DNA from: Antedon mediterranea
Taxonomy: Eukaryota > Animalia > Echinodermata
Assembly: GCF_964355755.1 (NCBI RefSeq)
Contig: NC_092677.1
Coordinates: 12,112,101 to 12,176,100, forward strand
DNA length: 64,000 nucleotides
Direction: 5' to 3'
The position numbers and the translations under genes are program-made. This document shows, in pieces, positions 57,901-63,000 of this stretch. Numbering within the stretch: position 1 is the stretch's first letter; each line of letters starts with the position of its first letter. The notes below the pieces were generated by a model. That model was given only the letters and a program-made list of their open reading frames with translations. It had not been told where the DNA came from and did no database searches.

Positions 57901-59804
57901 CAACAAGCTAGTATGTACATAGGATGAATGCCTACTGTAGGGCCTGGCAACAGACTTTTGAACGACCTTGTTATCAGAGATTAATTATACGAAGTAGGCT
58001 GATGAGCCCTAAGAATTGTCATATATGGTCATTTCATGAGGCAATGCAAATTATTTTTGGTTTGTTTTTTACTACTGGTTGACATATTGATAAGTTACCA
58101 TGCTTATACATTCACGCCTTTCATATAGAGTACTGTAAATGTTGTTTTGGCTGAGGTCAAGACCTATTCTCTAATATTGCAATTACAAATTTAAAATAAA
58201 CCTACTATATATTGGAATCCATAGTCTAGGACTTGGTTTCCCAGCAACAAGAAAACCATCAACTCGTTTAGTAACTCCAATTACAATTGAGTATTCTCCT
58301 GATTCTTGTAGTCCAGTTACCTCCCATGTAGTTTTCTTTGTGACCCCGACCAATGCAGGTGTTGCATCTTGTGGTGGACGCCATTGATTGTAAATGTAGA
58401 TTCTGTAGTTGACAATTGGTTCAAGGCCATAGTCATGTCCAGATGTCCAATTTCTCCAAGTAATGATAACGCTGTTAGGTGTACGAAGACTAACCCATGG
58501 TGTGTCATATAATGCTGGCAAAACTAACACAAAAATAAAAAGATACTAATACAAATGGAGTTTGAATTGAAGGCAAAGGAGTATAGAAATAATTTATGTT
58601 TATGAGAGGAATGGTACAAATCATTCATGTTGCGTGTGTGTTAACGCAAATGAAATTGCAGTACTCGATTGTATAAACAACACTGCACTTTTGAGAGCGC
58701 TGTGAACCACAATCATCCATTCAAAGAATCTACTAACAGATATGTTTTACACATCTTTAATATAAATATAGTAATAAAACACTGCTAGTAATTGAATTTC
58801 TTTTAAAAAAAACTTATATATAGATAGATTGTATGATATATACATGTACTGGGTATACCAGGGATGAATGATTTTTATAAAGAAAATTAATTAAATTATC
58901 GGACCTGCTTATAGAAATCTGTCAAGTATAACAGCATTTACAAACCTGTTTGACAGCCTTCTCCTGCCCAGCCCGTCTCACATCCATTTTCACATGTACC
59001 ATTAAACTTGTGACAGTTTGCTTGATTATGACAATGACATTTCTTGTGACATTGTTCCCCAAAAAAACCAACAGGACAAGGTGTATCTGCTTCATAATCT
59101 AAATAAAACAAAACAAACTATCTTATTTTTTAACTTATTAAACTATTTAAACCAGATACACATCTAGTACATTTTTTTAGATGAGCAAGGGGTTACCATG
59201 GAGAGGGCGAGCCTTAGACACGCTACAGTAATCTTTAGGCATTTTTCCGTGTAATAAAAAGAAAAAAAACAGAACAATTTTTTATTAGAAATAATACCCG
59301 GTGGCATTGTAACTCCTTGAAAATTCGTAAAATCCAACTTAAGTTATAACATTATAAAAAAGTTTTGCAACACTACTTTTTTGTCTACAAATAATTGACT
59401 TTACTATCAATGTTGCAAAGGTTTATATTTTATGATAAACAATAGGAACCTATCCTTTAAGGAAAGTTGCAACATACCTGTACATGAGCTGTCGGCACAC
59501 AATTCAATACTGTATTTCTTTATCAAGTATTATTCATTTAGTAGCAAATTAAATCAGATATATATGTAAAAAGATTTTGTATCAAAATAAAAAAATGAGA
59601 GAAAGAACAGAGCATCTTAAAAATCCAAATTTGTTGGGTTAGCTTTTAGAAAAATTCAAAATGAAAACCAACCTAGACACTTGTGACCGGTAAAATTATG
59701 TGAACACATTACATTTGTTTTACATCCAGTCTGCCTATCATAGTCACTTTCACTGCAGTGAGCAATCTTCTTGCAATCAGAACCATACTCCGGATACCCA
59801 CAAG
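562..59804 (-). CDS. Large multi-exon mosaic extracellular protein gene (EGF, FN3, C-type lectin, WxxW, kringle, F5/8C discoidin, Ig-like), incomplete at both window ends
   Basis: About 45 GT-AG exons, all on the minus strand. Splice phases are compatible by manual check: phase 1 between domains, phase 0 inside F5/8C and WxxW. No start exon, TM segment or stop exon identified. Could be more than one gene. Confidence 0.75.
1483..1713 (+). mobile_element. Decayed 3' end of a non-LTR retrotransposon ORF2 (CR1/L2/jockey group)
   Basis: NTRH...[21 protein letters not shown]...S..AF resembles the LINE ORF2 C-terminal WNxLP motif. Confidence 0.5.
1960..2004 (-). CDS. Mini-exon ([15 protein letters not shown])
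   Basis: tttag|CA...ATG|gtaagc, 45 nt, phase 1-1, open. Confidence 0.6.
2610..2720 (-). mobile_element. tRNA-derived SINE head; related copies at about 1790-1860, 27125-27215 and 30600-30670
   Basis: Minus strand TGGAGTTGTAGCTTGGTGGTTA...GGGTTCAAGTCCC gives pol III A and B boxes. No intact cloverleaf; several diverged copies. Confidence 0.6.
2995..3111 (-). CDS. Exon: C-type lectin C-half with EPN motif
   Basis: [39 protein letters not shown], 117 nt. Confidence 0.9.
3551..3802 (-). CDS. Exon: C-type lectin N-half
   Basis: [15 protein letters not shown]...[13 protein letters not shown]...[16 protein letters not shown], 252 nt. Confidence 0.9.
4697..5066 (-). mobile_element. Penelope-like fragment with a mutated hammerhead, interrupted by a ~210-bp insertion ending in AATAAA plus a (GAAAT)n-like tail
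   Basis: Colinear with 9993-10160 except for an insert at about 4763-4970. Confidence 0.55.
5124..5262 (-). CDS. Exon: F5/8 type C C-part
   Basis: [46 protein letters not shown], 139 nt. Confidence 0.9.
5532..5848 (-). CDS. Exon: F5/8 type C N-part
   Basis: [13 protein letters not shown]...[16 protein letters not shown]...GVITQGR. Confidence 0.9.
6154..6267 (-). CDS. Exon: EGF-like domain
   Basis: [37 protein letters not shown], 114 nt. Confidence 0.9.
6445..6876 (-). mobile_element. SINE with a 5S rRNA-derived head, a tRNA-like segment and a Deu/Nin-like core
   Basis: 5S-like 6876-6757, then a B-box-like GGGTTCGAGTACC, then TCCTTCGGATGGGATGTAAAGCCG...GCACGTTAAAGAAC...CTATTCGAAAAGATTAGGGG. 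Confidence 0.7.
6757..6876 (-). pseudogene. Degenerate 5S rRNA sequence (SINE head, not a functional 5S gene)
   Basis: TACGGCC...AAAACACCGGTTCTCGTC...AAGTTAAGCAACGT.GGGCCCGGTT...GGATGGG.GACCG...GGGTGCTGTA follows the invertebrate 5S consensus with many substitutions. No oligo-T terminator follows. Confidence 0.85.
7497..7635 (-). CDS. Exon: F5/8 type C C-part
   Basis: [46 protein letters not shown]. Confidence 0.9.
8375..8679 (-). CDS. Exon: F5/8 type C N-part
   Basis: [13 protein letters not shown]...[18 protein letters not shown]...GVITQGR. Confidence 0.9.
9027..9165 (-). CDS. Exon: F5/8 type C C-part
   Basis: [46 protein letters not shown]. Confidence 0.9.
9391..9713 (-). CDS. Exon: F5/8 type C N-part
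   Basis: [13 protein letters not shown]...[17 protein letters not shown]...GVMTQGR. Confidence 0.9.
9993..10160 (-). mobile_element. Penelope-like pLTR fragment inserted in a (TA)n tract
   Basis: (TA)n on both flanks, contains a minimal hammerhead, second copy at 4697-5066. Confidence 0.6.
10119..10155 (-). ncRNA. Minimal type I hammerhead ribozyme motif
   Basis: GCA-CUGAUGA-A-GGGC(UAGUGUU)GCCC-GAAA-GC-UC-UGC: full core, stems I and II, palindromic AGCU stem III. Confidence 0.75.
10414..10726. mobile_element. Non-autonomous DNA transposon, Kolobok-like
   Basis: TTAA|AGATATATTGTCCC...AACAATACATCT|TTAA. Confidence 0.65.
10752..10865 (-). CDS. Exon: EGF-like domain
   Basis: [37 protein letters not shown]. 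Confidence 0.9.
11058..11171 (-). CDS. Exon: EGF-like domain
   Basis: [37 protein letters not shown]. Confidence 0.9.
11474..12019. mobile_element. Non-autonomous DNA transposon, Kolobok-like
   Basis: TTAA|AGATGTATTGTCCC...GGGAAAATACATCT|TTAA. Confidence 0.7.
12398..12421 (-). pseudogene. Truncated EGF exon copy
   Basis: Acceptor and GDLCSTN as in neighbouring exons, then the sequence switches to repeat DNA. Confidence 0.6.
12516..12629 (-). CDS. Exon: EGF-like domain (tandem copy)
   Basis: [37 protein letters not shown]. Confidence 0.88.
12720..12833 (-). CDS. Exon: EGF-like domain (tandem copy)
   Basis: Same as 12516-12629 at a 204-bp period. Confidence 0.88.
12924..13037 (-). CDS. Exon: EGF-like domain
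   Basis: [37 protein letters not shown]. Confidence 0.88.
13324..13465 (-). CDS. Exon: F5/8 type C C-part
   Basis: [53 protein letters not shown] acceptor, so the start may be 13462. Confidence 0.88.
13493..21663 (-). mobile_element. Five ~1.55-kb non-autonomous Helentron-like (HINE) units: one solo plus four in tandem
   Basis: Units begin on the + strand at 13493, 15427, 16943, 18491 and 20074 with ACTAG, hairpin AATTCGTCA-ctt-TGACGAATT and subTIR ATAGGTGATCATTT. Complete units end with an (AAT/AAG)n tract and the IR AGGTGATCATTT...AAATGATCACCT. Confidence 0.75.
22294..22586 (-). CDS. Exon: F5/8 type C N-part
   Basis: [22 protein letters not shown]...[18 protein letters not shown]...VATQG. 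Confidence 0.9.
22790..23300. repeat. About three tandem 170-190 bp units
   Basis: AAGAAATCCAAA...GAATCAGGAAAGTAA...GCATAACATTGAAAATGCTGTGGGTAAAATACTG repeated three times. Confidence 0.75.
25961..26114. mobile_element. MITE with 16-bp TIRs
   Basis: TTAA-GGCCAACTCAGACAGC...GCTGTCTGAGTTGGCC-TTAA. Confidence 0.75.
26140..26278 (-). CDS. Exon: F5/8 type C C-part
   Basis: [46 protein letters not shown]. Confidence 0.88.
26495..26817 (-). CDS. Exon: F5/8 type C N-part
   Basis: [22 protein letters not shown]...GAWIA...PWLQVHLG...GVITQGR. Confidence 0.9.
27944..28858 (+). mobile_element. Non-autonomous Helitron with internal tandem repeats
   Basis: A|TCTATATTAT 5' end; internal AATTGTACTGGGAAG...AAACTACATT repeats; 3' imperfect GC hairpin CCCACCCTGGGGCGGG followed by CTAG|T. 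Confidence 0.6.
29051..29192 (-). CDS. Exon: F5/8 type C C-part
   Basis: [47 protein letters not shown]. Confidence 0.88.
29531..29847 (-). CDS. Exon: F5/8 type C N-part
   Basis: [22 protein letters not shown]...GAWKA...PWLQVHFG...GVITQG. Confidence 0.9.
30164..30397 (-). CDS. Exon: kringle domain
   Basis: [27 protein letters not shown]...[12 protein letters not shown]...WCYT, 234 nt. Confidence 0.9.
30684..30911 (-). CDS. Exon: kringle domain
   Basis: [27 protein letters not shown]...[17 protein letters not shown]...WEYCDI, 228 nt. Confidence 0.92.
31409..31462 (-). CDS. Mini-exon ([18 protein letters not shown])
   Basis: accag|AT...ATG|gtaaag, 54 nt, phase 1-1. Confidence 0.55.
31891..31944 (-). 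other. Truncated F5/8C exon start (mini-exon or relic)
   Basis: [18 protein letters not shown] is near-identical to the start of exon 29847. A possible donor G|gtaaag follows after 54 nt. Confidence 0.45.
32129..33870 (-). mobile_element. 5'-truncated L2-clade LINE
   Basis: RT ORF followed by a 3' end AAAGCGCCATGAG...GGCGCTATATAAG and a (TTA)n tail typical of L2. Confidence 0.85.
32203..33870 (-). CDS. LINE ORF2 fragment: reverse transcriptase plus C-terminus, no endonuclease
   Basis: [46 protein letters not shown]. Uninterrupted frame. The first ~19 aa of the track ORF come from the adjacent palindrome. Confidence 0.9.
   Translation of the reverse strand, partial: KIKIIRDDFKIDDMSFNEPVTAVHQHLTTFTPASQDEIRNILMKSPTKSCRLDPVPTSILKKCIDAVVPIITEIINHSLNTGIVPDELKIAHVRPLIKKQNLDHNTLKNYRPVSNLSFLGKTLERVVTSRITPYLQKHNLNENYQSAYRACHSTESSLLKVQNDLLQGMNDGKITLLVLLDLSAAFDTVDHQRLITRLRNRIGINGVALNWFQSYLTGRRQLVCINDAFSDEACLEYGVPQGSVIGPGQFSIYTLPLGDIIRKHSLHFHFYADDTQIYVSVNPVQRDVAAAISKMEACIEDVCNWMTTNYLKLNDGKTEFIIVGSKCNISKINITHIRIGNSNIAPSSVVRNLGIMLDSNLTMEAQITTVSKAACISIRNLGRICGNLNKKTAELIVHSFVTSKIDIGNALLFGIPKSQIQRLQRLQNMAARIVTYTKSNAHITPVLMDLHWLPVQQRIKYKLALFVFKILNDSAPAYLSDLVDRYESSRRGLRSLSQNLLQECRAKNQWGQRSFYVAAASVWNSLPATVKCSTSLNSFKTNLKTSLFADVLARC
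33871..33946. repeat. 76-bp perfect palindrome
   Basis: GTGTACAAAGCAGGAATGGTTGCTTATAAAGCAGGAAA|TTTCCTGCTTTATAAGCAACCATTCCTGCTTTGTACAC. Confidence 0.95.
34066..34108 (+). ncRNA. Minimal type I hammerhead ribozyme in a Penelope-like pLTR fragment (about 33909-34152)
   Basis: UUUUCAC-CUGAUGA-U-GGGC(UAU)GCCC-GAAA-CAUG-UC-GUUAAAA, followed by AATAAA and later (TA)n. Confidence 0.8.
34325..34466 (-). CDS. Exon: divergent F5/8 type C C-part
   Basis: [47 protein letters not shown]. Confidence 0.8.
35114..35316 (-). CDS. Exon: shortened, divergent F5/8 type C N-part
   Basis: [12 protein letters not shown]...[16 protein letters not shown]...[13 protein letters not shown], 203 nt, phase 1-0. Confidence 0.75.
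35584..35745. repeat. Long imperfect hairpin of a foldback-type interspersed repeat; diverged relative at about 925-1020
   Basis: Arms of about 75 bp around CTCGGCTTTGCCTC. Element family uncertain. Confidence 0.75.
36104..36118 (-). CDS. Candidate 15-nt micro-exon (GIKSN)
   Basis: tttcag|GAATTAAATCAAATG|gtaagt, phase 1-1. Confidence 0.5.
36528..38073 (-). mobile_element. Diverged Helentron-like (HINE) element related to the 13.5-21.7 kb array
   Basis: ACTAG, hairpin AACTCGTCA-ctt-TGACGAGTT, subTIR GTTATCCGCA, terminal IR GTTATCTGC..GCGGATAAC, homologous interior. Confidence 0.7.
38157..38540 (-). CDS. Exon: complete C-type lectin domain
   Basis: ECKTGY...SCYKIY...[13 protein letters not shown]...LIGL...FLWPD...CTVL...FKNVSC...FLCE, 384 nt. 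Confidence 0.88.
38876..38999. mobile_element. MITE with Harbinger-like TIRs
   Basis: AGCTTGGTTTCCACTTGGATGC...GCATCTAAGTGGGAACCAAGTT. Confidence 0.6.
39026..39304 (-). CDS. Exon: fibronectin type III domain
   Basis: TNVVLNWEV...SYRVLM...[10 protein letters not shown]...FSITV, 279 nt. Confidence 0.8.
39890..40027. mobile_element. MITE, PIF/Harbinger-like, TAA TSD; about 10 copies in the window (~440-485, 2755, 7715, 8000-8150, 31070, 31520, 31955, 39590-39695, 53560)
   Basis: TAA|AGCTCTGTCTACCCTATCAAAC...TTTGATAGTGTAGACAGAGCT|TAA, with internal CCAAATATGGTAGTGATATG repeats. Confidence 0.8.
40038..40157 (-). CDS. Exon: C-type lectin C-half
   Basis: [39 protein letters not shown]. Confidence 0.85.
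40312..40570. repeat. 15-bp minisatellite (ATTACTAGGTTAATT)n, about 17 copies
   Basis: Directly visible, with variant unit ATTACTGGGTTAAGT. Confidence 0.95.
40873..41136 (-). CDS. Exon: C-type lectin N-half
   Basis: [14 protein letters not shown]...SWNRAEKYC...[15 protein letters not shown]...FFIGY...FEWVG, 264 nt. Confidence 0.9.
41594..41701 (-). CDS. Exon: C-type lectin C-half
   Basis: [35 protein letters not shown], 108 nt. Confidence 0.8.
41800..42180 (-). mobile_element. 3' fragment of a non-LTR retrotransposon
   Basis: GC-richer patch encoding LPSLATRR...GLRS...[17 protein letters not shown], then an AT-rich 3' UTR with AATAAA. Confidence 0.55.
42269..42553 (-). CDS. Exon: C-type lectin N-half
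   Basis: [14 protein letters not shown]...TWDRASDHC...HLVHITS...LLIGM, 285 nt. Confidence 0.9.
42723..43305 (+). repeat. 5' LTR (583 bp)
   Basis: No mismatch to the 3' LTR seen by eye. CCAAT boxes, octamer ATGCAAAT 43056-43063, AATAAA 43227-43232. Confidence 0.97.
43306..43318 (+). promoter_or_regulatory. Putative primer binding site
   Basis: TGGTGGAAGACCC directly after the LTR. Cognate tRNA not identified. Confidence 0.6.
43436..43640 (+). repeat. 103-bp tandem duplication in the element leader
   Basis: CAAAAGACAAGCTGAAATT...GATAATCGAGGAAGAC at 43436 and 43539. Confidence 0.9.
43973..44938 (+). CDS. gag: Gag
   Basis: 321 aa with capsid-like SLQGQARLW...LKTQFINRF and zinc knuckle [14 protein letters not shown]. 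Confidence 0.93.
   Translation: MVDVVDNEVILNEPVNPHPVPHLRQTDFLPKRYDGSITDHDQCSAHYLSFTDYLEAHTLENPVNNAQLINVISIFKRSLQGQARLWIEGKQFDSLESLKTQFINRFSKNKSIYAHIREYDSITYTTGDNAEKHLTKIKQAADRIGYADQQIKNKFISTLPPKCRAAVAMSTPIDATIENIVNSTQNYLDLSVDDATREVSFNINKETDRPNSLESLQHEINSLKLDMATTKRSLNDDTRRSRSPTRNYIPRRNRSPSPYKPRFQTPPTPRYRQPPPTCYYCGKPGHIARHCRQQNRSYGNYPPPYPYQQSNNYYPSHQQDF
44929..44972 (+). promoter_or_regulatory. -1 ribosomal frameshift signal
   Basis: G_GAT_TTT just before the gag stop, 6-nt spacer, hairpin GGGG-A-CTAGAT/ATCTGG-CCCC. The pol frame is -1 and open from here. Confidence 0.8.
44929..49644 (+). CDS. pol: Pol polyprotein (protease, RT, RNase H, integrase)
   Basis: LFDSGS; IDLKSAF, LAQG, HHDD; YSDTS...ELE...VDH...ADFLSR; H-H-C-C zinc finger, D-D-E, WVGPL. 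The frame is open upstream of the track start at 45031. Confidence 0.95.
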   Translation, partial: GFLKRGLDAAYNLAPHTKYDNFKAKYLGNSDNIDLLLNDRNYVKGNLPDGRNVLTLFDSGSTRTIISQSYVNSSLYLSRLKPVKVNTTKFRLGNGDFLYANHLVQFELFIQGHKFKISALIVKNLTGIDLILGTETLSELDGTLNFKENTFRIRPKIFSFRPVHKIFLKPGDTKTVKLKGRVPAFVRNSDVVLHATTHISKLCPSDMLVKLHRGETNIDITNNTNRNVSLNTHQPIASLHLSNLVTVTNDLPIDRIKLTNDNANKYPHLERTDPLLTLTEEEIIRKQVDLTDSVLTHREKEDLYKTLQQNRNAFSLYGELSSGPNFKADIHLSNDEPFFIRPYFATDKDKHVIEAELNKLVKLGILAVGHQSYTSPVLLVSKKNSKDKRVVTDFRYLNSRIKRINHPFPLLAETLKTIGNANAQILSVIDLKSAFHCVPLAEHAKQYTGIASYHGGKHYYYKRLAQGLNVSPGIFQAKIDEILNEIPNSREFCIAHHDDIILFSQDKFAHKQHLVSVLQALQLNGFRICPKKCKLFKNKVQYMGHTILINSSGHACITPLGDRCAAIRNLPVPRTHKETKRFIGAVNYVSHFFPQIQSILRPLHTLASKRRKFCWSTEHQKAFDEIKHLMVKPPTLQMPRKEGRFTLYSDTSRTATGSYLTQTVNGKEHIIGYYSKILPQACQRYSVTELELFGLYINVSAFRHLLKGCEFDAFVDHSAIVQIWNSKDQPCTPRLQKLILRLSGYIFQIGYKKGTELVLADFLSRAPRDDDSEIDQVVPIAFNITETESFNPITNTSTSRPVTRSYAKKMGINIPDLHKPKPKQTPVINQNPVTTNTRPTPQPTATPQIITRQQTNAHRSPPIITPPIVTPPPIRNVNIRQPPEERLVDKSKQNKDTTHRNVPVELYTSPKPLVPNITEFKSAHIPKQQDLYRLMDVIQRKIIRDYNLPVDVKQLRVEQETSPFFKPVYDYLVHDILPADKKAARAVQNKSEQYILCNGLLFRLFFQDKGGEFVLQLAVPENLAETVISQYHDNLLSSHQGTMRTYLTIRKLFYMPLMFEKVNNYTQACLRCQQFRPKTDKLRPLHDRVTATYRPFHTLSLDFKSMPTSPSGFKHIMVVCDEITRFLICVPLKSIDAETICEALIQKVISIFGPPSRLISDAATSLTGKLLTLLCNTLNIDRKIISVHNHGSLQVERHIRTVSDLLKVNLNQFGTDWVRFVSTTCYAYNSFSSPHLGNHSPYELVFGRQPPSLTSLAFNPISGLSHSYEEYFEHLKKKFQNISQTMLQLQRTQQNVQNSKISQRLEKSPIYSVGQLVYLYKPTSSSLTANSKKIAAEWVGPLVIHEVLDRTHYILATIKGEILRDVFNYNRLKPCFMRTPKERKNFTHLQKLKQLLNEPTDDNNEKIQNTINVVNDETNVEFVDEHDRTPTQLQSDTLTHPTKIEPLNLQPYIDCVENNMGLAAPFQMKEEQIKEQTNLIMTAPNDSSMTLNRGRFKAGHFQVLVSYSKPTSAKRNTDKTKHESNDRKFWWNIDRYNDTDKLIKEIIKDKQIPISGSPKRFIKRLYNATNY
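50580..51455 (+). CDS. ORF3 of the Gypsy element: 291-aa protein with a C-terminal RING-like zinc finger
   Basis: Intact ORF with aaaATGG context. C-x2-C-x17-CC-x4-H-x2-C-x8-C-x2-C at 51225-51353. No signal peptide evident. Confidence 0.8.
   Translation: MESEKLDVTQLCLKHKIQMTPLSTECALIKKIILYQSEQNVILHITKMMPFTLDSLKRVLLFLCDIRPADQLTNLKLNTLLHIGSYLCCFDKMSSPIIDYIWKHKSEPALLDFSTIDLSINLDGIATCIPNTHEFHRQHIYSMTLLLLAITKDIKAPQCTTFFSRVRQQTGIIPQDELKPSEHSPFGYVVTKYKKKLYSHIRNMQYLENKYQDTPCQICQCNPEIKNFHTDCTINKCCGTLFHKNCQQINKKYQCLNCGMVYLNEMPYTATYMLDDGTLWTTSHYYRLLYD
51878..51906 (+). promoter_or_regulatory. Polypurine tract
   Basis: AGAAAAAAAAAAAGGGAAACAGAGGGA abutting the 3' LTR. Confidence 0.85.
51907..52489 (+). 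repeat. 3' LTR (583 bp)
   Basis: Direct repeat of 42723-43305. Confidence 0.97.
52880..53152 (-). CDS. Exon: divergent FN3-like domain
   Basis: EDSLNWYN...IYRIVV...[11 protein letters not shown]...FSVLVGK, paralogous to exons 39026 and 58206, 273 nt. Confidence 0.75.
53351..53389 (-). CDS. Mini-exon ([12 protein letters not shown])
   Basis: cttacag|AT...ATG|gtaaaa, 39 nt, phase 1-1. Confidence 0.55.
54434..54547 (-). CDS. Exon: C-type lectin C-half
   Basis: [38 protein letters not shown]. Confidence 0.88.
54943..55123 (-). CDS. Exon: Mucin2_WxxW (CysD) domain C-part
   Basis: [20 protein letters not shown]...[35 protein letters not shown]. Confidence 0.9.
55337..55413 (-). CDS. Exon: Mucin2_WxxW (CysD) domain N-part
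   Basis: [18 protein letters not shown], phase 1-0. Confidence 0.9.
55590..55853 (-). CDS. Exon: C-type lectin N-half
   Basis: [14 protein letters not shown]...SWNEADSYC...[15 protein letters not shown]...IGY...[10 protein letters not shown], 264 nt. Confidence 0.9.
56258..56580 (+). mobile_element. tRNA-headed SINE with a Deu/Nin-like core
   Basis: AGTGGCCGGCCGGTTAAGAC head, core GGATAAGGACTATAAACC...GTAAAGAACCC...GAGTAGGG, A-rich tail. Confidence 0.6.
56591..56725 (-). CDS. Exon: C-type lectin C-half
   Basis: [45 protein letters not shown]. Confidence 0.8.
57216..57500 (-). CDS. Exon: C-type lectin N-half
   Basis: [14 protein letters not shown]...SWNEADEYC...HLAHITS...LFVGM...FVW, 285 nt. 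Confidence 0.9.
58206..58523 (-). CDS. Exon: fibronectin type III domain
   Basis: TPNSVIITW...PIVNYRIY...[16 protein letters not shown]...GKPSP. Confidence 0.88.
58946..59098 (-). CDS. Exon: MEGF/Tie-type EGF-like domain
   Basis: [43 protein letters not shown]. Confidence 0.9.
59673..59804 (-). CDS. Exon: MEGF/Tie-type EGF-like domain, divergent
   Basis: [43 protein letters not shown], 132 nt. Confidence 0.8.
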
Positions 59805-60053
59805 CTTTTTGCAATGAAACAAATACAACAAATATTACACATACTGCAGCCCTAACATAAAATAATGTTTTCCTATTGATTGATTGAATTTATTTGATGC
59901 TCAACATTAAAATTGCATACAGACAAAAGACAAAATAACGAGCATCAGGAACACCCATTAGGCCGGAAAAAAACCAGCCTATTTCCAATGGGGTCCAAAT
60001 TGCACATAATAAACAATAACAAATACAACATTTATTTAAAAAATACATATAAA

Positions 60054-63000
60054 ACTAGAAAGCCACTCCGAGAGGGCATACCTCCGCCTACTGTAAAATT
60101 CTCCTACATAAGATTTCTCCGGTAAAAAAAAAAAAATATATATTTGTGCGTGTCTTAATGCTGTTTGTGATTTAGGCTAATTTTATTACAAGCATGTGTA
60201 TGCGAGTTTGGTGTAATTGTTATGAAACAAGCCTTTCAATTAACAATAGCTTCAGTCGACTAACAAGAGAACAGCAACGCGAAAATCAAACAAGTGAATT
60301 TGAAAAGAAATAGGTTTTTTAAACTACCCGCATCAAAAAACTTGCACATTAAATCTAATTATGTTTTAAAATTACAAATCACAAATTATAACACTTGCCT
60401 CTTGTACAAAAATGAAGTTTTTTGGACAAGTAGTTCTCGAGAAAATGCAATTTCAGTTTACTTGTTACTTTAAGACTGGGTGCCGGCTTTTGAAAAATTC
60501 TGTCCTATCTTTTAACACTAGCAGGTCTAAAAAAGTATACTAAAAAGTGGTCCAGAATTGGGACTGTGGTCCCAAATGGTCCCAAAATTTAATGGAATGG
60601 TCCTTGACCACATATCTATATGTCTATTCATTTTGGTAAAGATCTTGTAATTACTTTTTGAGTAATCCTGCTAACAAACAAACAAACAAACAAACAAACA
60701 GACAAACAAACTAGCCTTCGCGCATAGCGCGATACTTGGCCAAATCAAAATTGGCCTTCTAAACAAACTTGACCTTGACCGATTTTAACCCGATCAAAGT
60801 TCAGTATATGTCATAAACCTCCCATTTAACATGAAAATAGAGACATAATTTCTCTAGATTTAATTATAAATCAGCCGTATAGGCCTAATTTATATACTAA
60901 TAAATATACTTGAACAAACAATAAAAAAAAATCTGATTTCGTTTCATTTCCCAAGGTGAGACTCGATCTCGGTAACTTAAATGCTGTAGACACCAGCACA
61001 GACCACCGAGCCATACACAACTGACTAACATTTGAAGAAAGATTCCTCTGTGTATTTACCATTGTGAGCGATAGAGCGATGACAAACACACACACAAACC
61101 GAACAATAGAACAGCAACGCGAAAAACACACTGGTGAATTTGAAGAGAAATAGGTTTTGTAAACTACTTGCATCAAAAAACCTGTATATTAAACCAATTT
61201 ATGTTTTAAAATTACAAATCACCAATTATAACTCTTGCTTCTTGTACAAAAATGAAGTTTTTTGGAGAAGTAGTTCTCGAGAAAATGCAATTTTAGTTTA
61301 CTTGTTAATTTAAGACTGCTCACCGGCCTTTGATAATTCTGTCCTTTCTTTTAACACTAGCAGGTCTAAAAGTAATTTTTAAAAGTGGTCCAGAATTGGG
61401 ACCATGGTCCGGATTTTAACCAAAATTGGGCAGTGTCGTCCTTGCACCAGGTGACATGTATGGTAGAAATTTGCAGTCATTCGAACCAAAACTGTGAGCG
61501 CTAGAGTGATGACAAACAAACAAACAAACAAACATACAAACAAACAAACAAACTAGCCTTCGCGCATAGCGCGATACTTGGCCAAATCAAAATTGGCCTC
61601 CTGACATTGACCCAATTTTCACCAAAAGTGTGTGTCTTATGCTGTGTGATTTAGGCTAATTTCACTACAATCATGTGTATACGAGTTTGGTGTACAGGTT
61701 ATGTAACCAGCCTTTCAACGAACAATAGCTTTAGTCGGCTAACAATAGAACAGCACGCGGAAAAAACACACGGGTGAATTTGAAAAGAATTAGGTTTTGT
61801 AAACTACTCGCATCAAAAAACCTCTATATTAAATCTAATTCAGTTTTAAAATTACAAATCACAAATTATAACACTTGCCTCTTGTACAAAAATGAAGTTT
61901 TTTGGACAAGTAGTTCTCGAGAAAATGCAATTTTAGTTTACTTGTTAATTTAAGACTGCTCACCGGATTTTGATAATTCTGTCCTATCTTTTAACACTAG
62001 CAGGTCTGAACATAATTTTTAAAAGTGGTCCAGAATTGGGACCGTGGTCCAGATTTTAACCTAAATTGGGCAGTGTCGTCCTTGCACCAGGTGACATGTA
62101 TGGTAGTAATTTGGAGTCATTCGAATCAAAACTGTGAGCGCTAGAGTGATGACAAACAAACAAACAAACAAACAAACACACACACAAACCGCACCAATCA
62201 ACATACTTGGCCAATTTTCAATTTGGCCAAGTAACAAACTAGCCTTCGCGCATAGCGCGATACTTGGCCAAATCAAAATTGGCCTCCTGACATTGACCCA
62301 AATTTGCACCAAAAGTGTGTGTCTTATGCTGTGTGATTTAGGCTAATTTCATTACTATCATGTACACGAGTTTGGTGTACAGGTTATGTAACCAGCCTTT
62401 CAACGAACAATAGCTTCAGTCGGCTAACAATAGAACACCAACGCGAAAAACACACGGGTGAATTTGAAAAGAAATAGGTTTTGTAAACTACTCGCATCAA
62501 AAAACCTCTAAATTAAATCTAATTAAGTTTTAAAATTACAAATCACAAATTATAACTCTTGCCTCTTGTACAAAAATGGAGTTTTTTGAATAAGTAGTTC
62601 GCGAGAAAATGCAATTTAGGTACTTGTTAATTTAAGACTGCTCACCGGCTTTTGATAATTCTGTCCTATCTTTTAACACTAGCAGGTCTAAAAATAATTT
62701 TTAAAAGTGGCCCAGAATTGGAACCGTGGTCCAGATTTTAACCAAAATTGGGCAGTGTCGTCCTTGCACCAGGTGACATGTATGGTAGTAATTTGGAGTC
62801 ATTCGACCCAAAACTGTGAGCGCTAGAGTCGAGTGATGACAAACAAACAAACAAACTAGCCTTCGCGCATAGCGCGATACTTGGCCAAATCAAAATTGGC
62901 CTCCTAAACAAACTTGACTTTGACCGATTTTAACCCAATCAAAGTTCAGTATATGTCATAAACCTCCCATGTAACATGAAAATAGAGACATAATTTCTCT

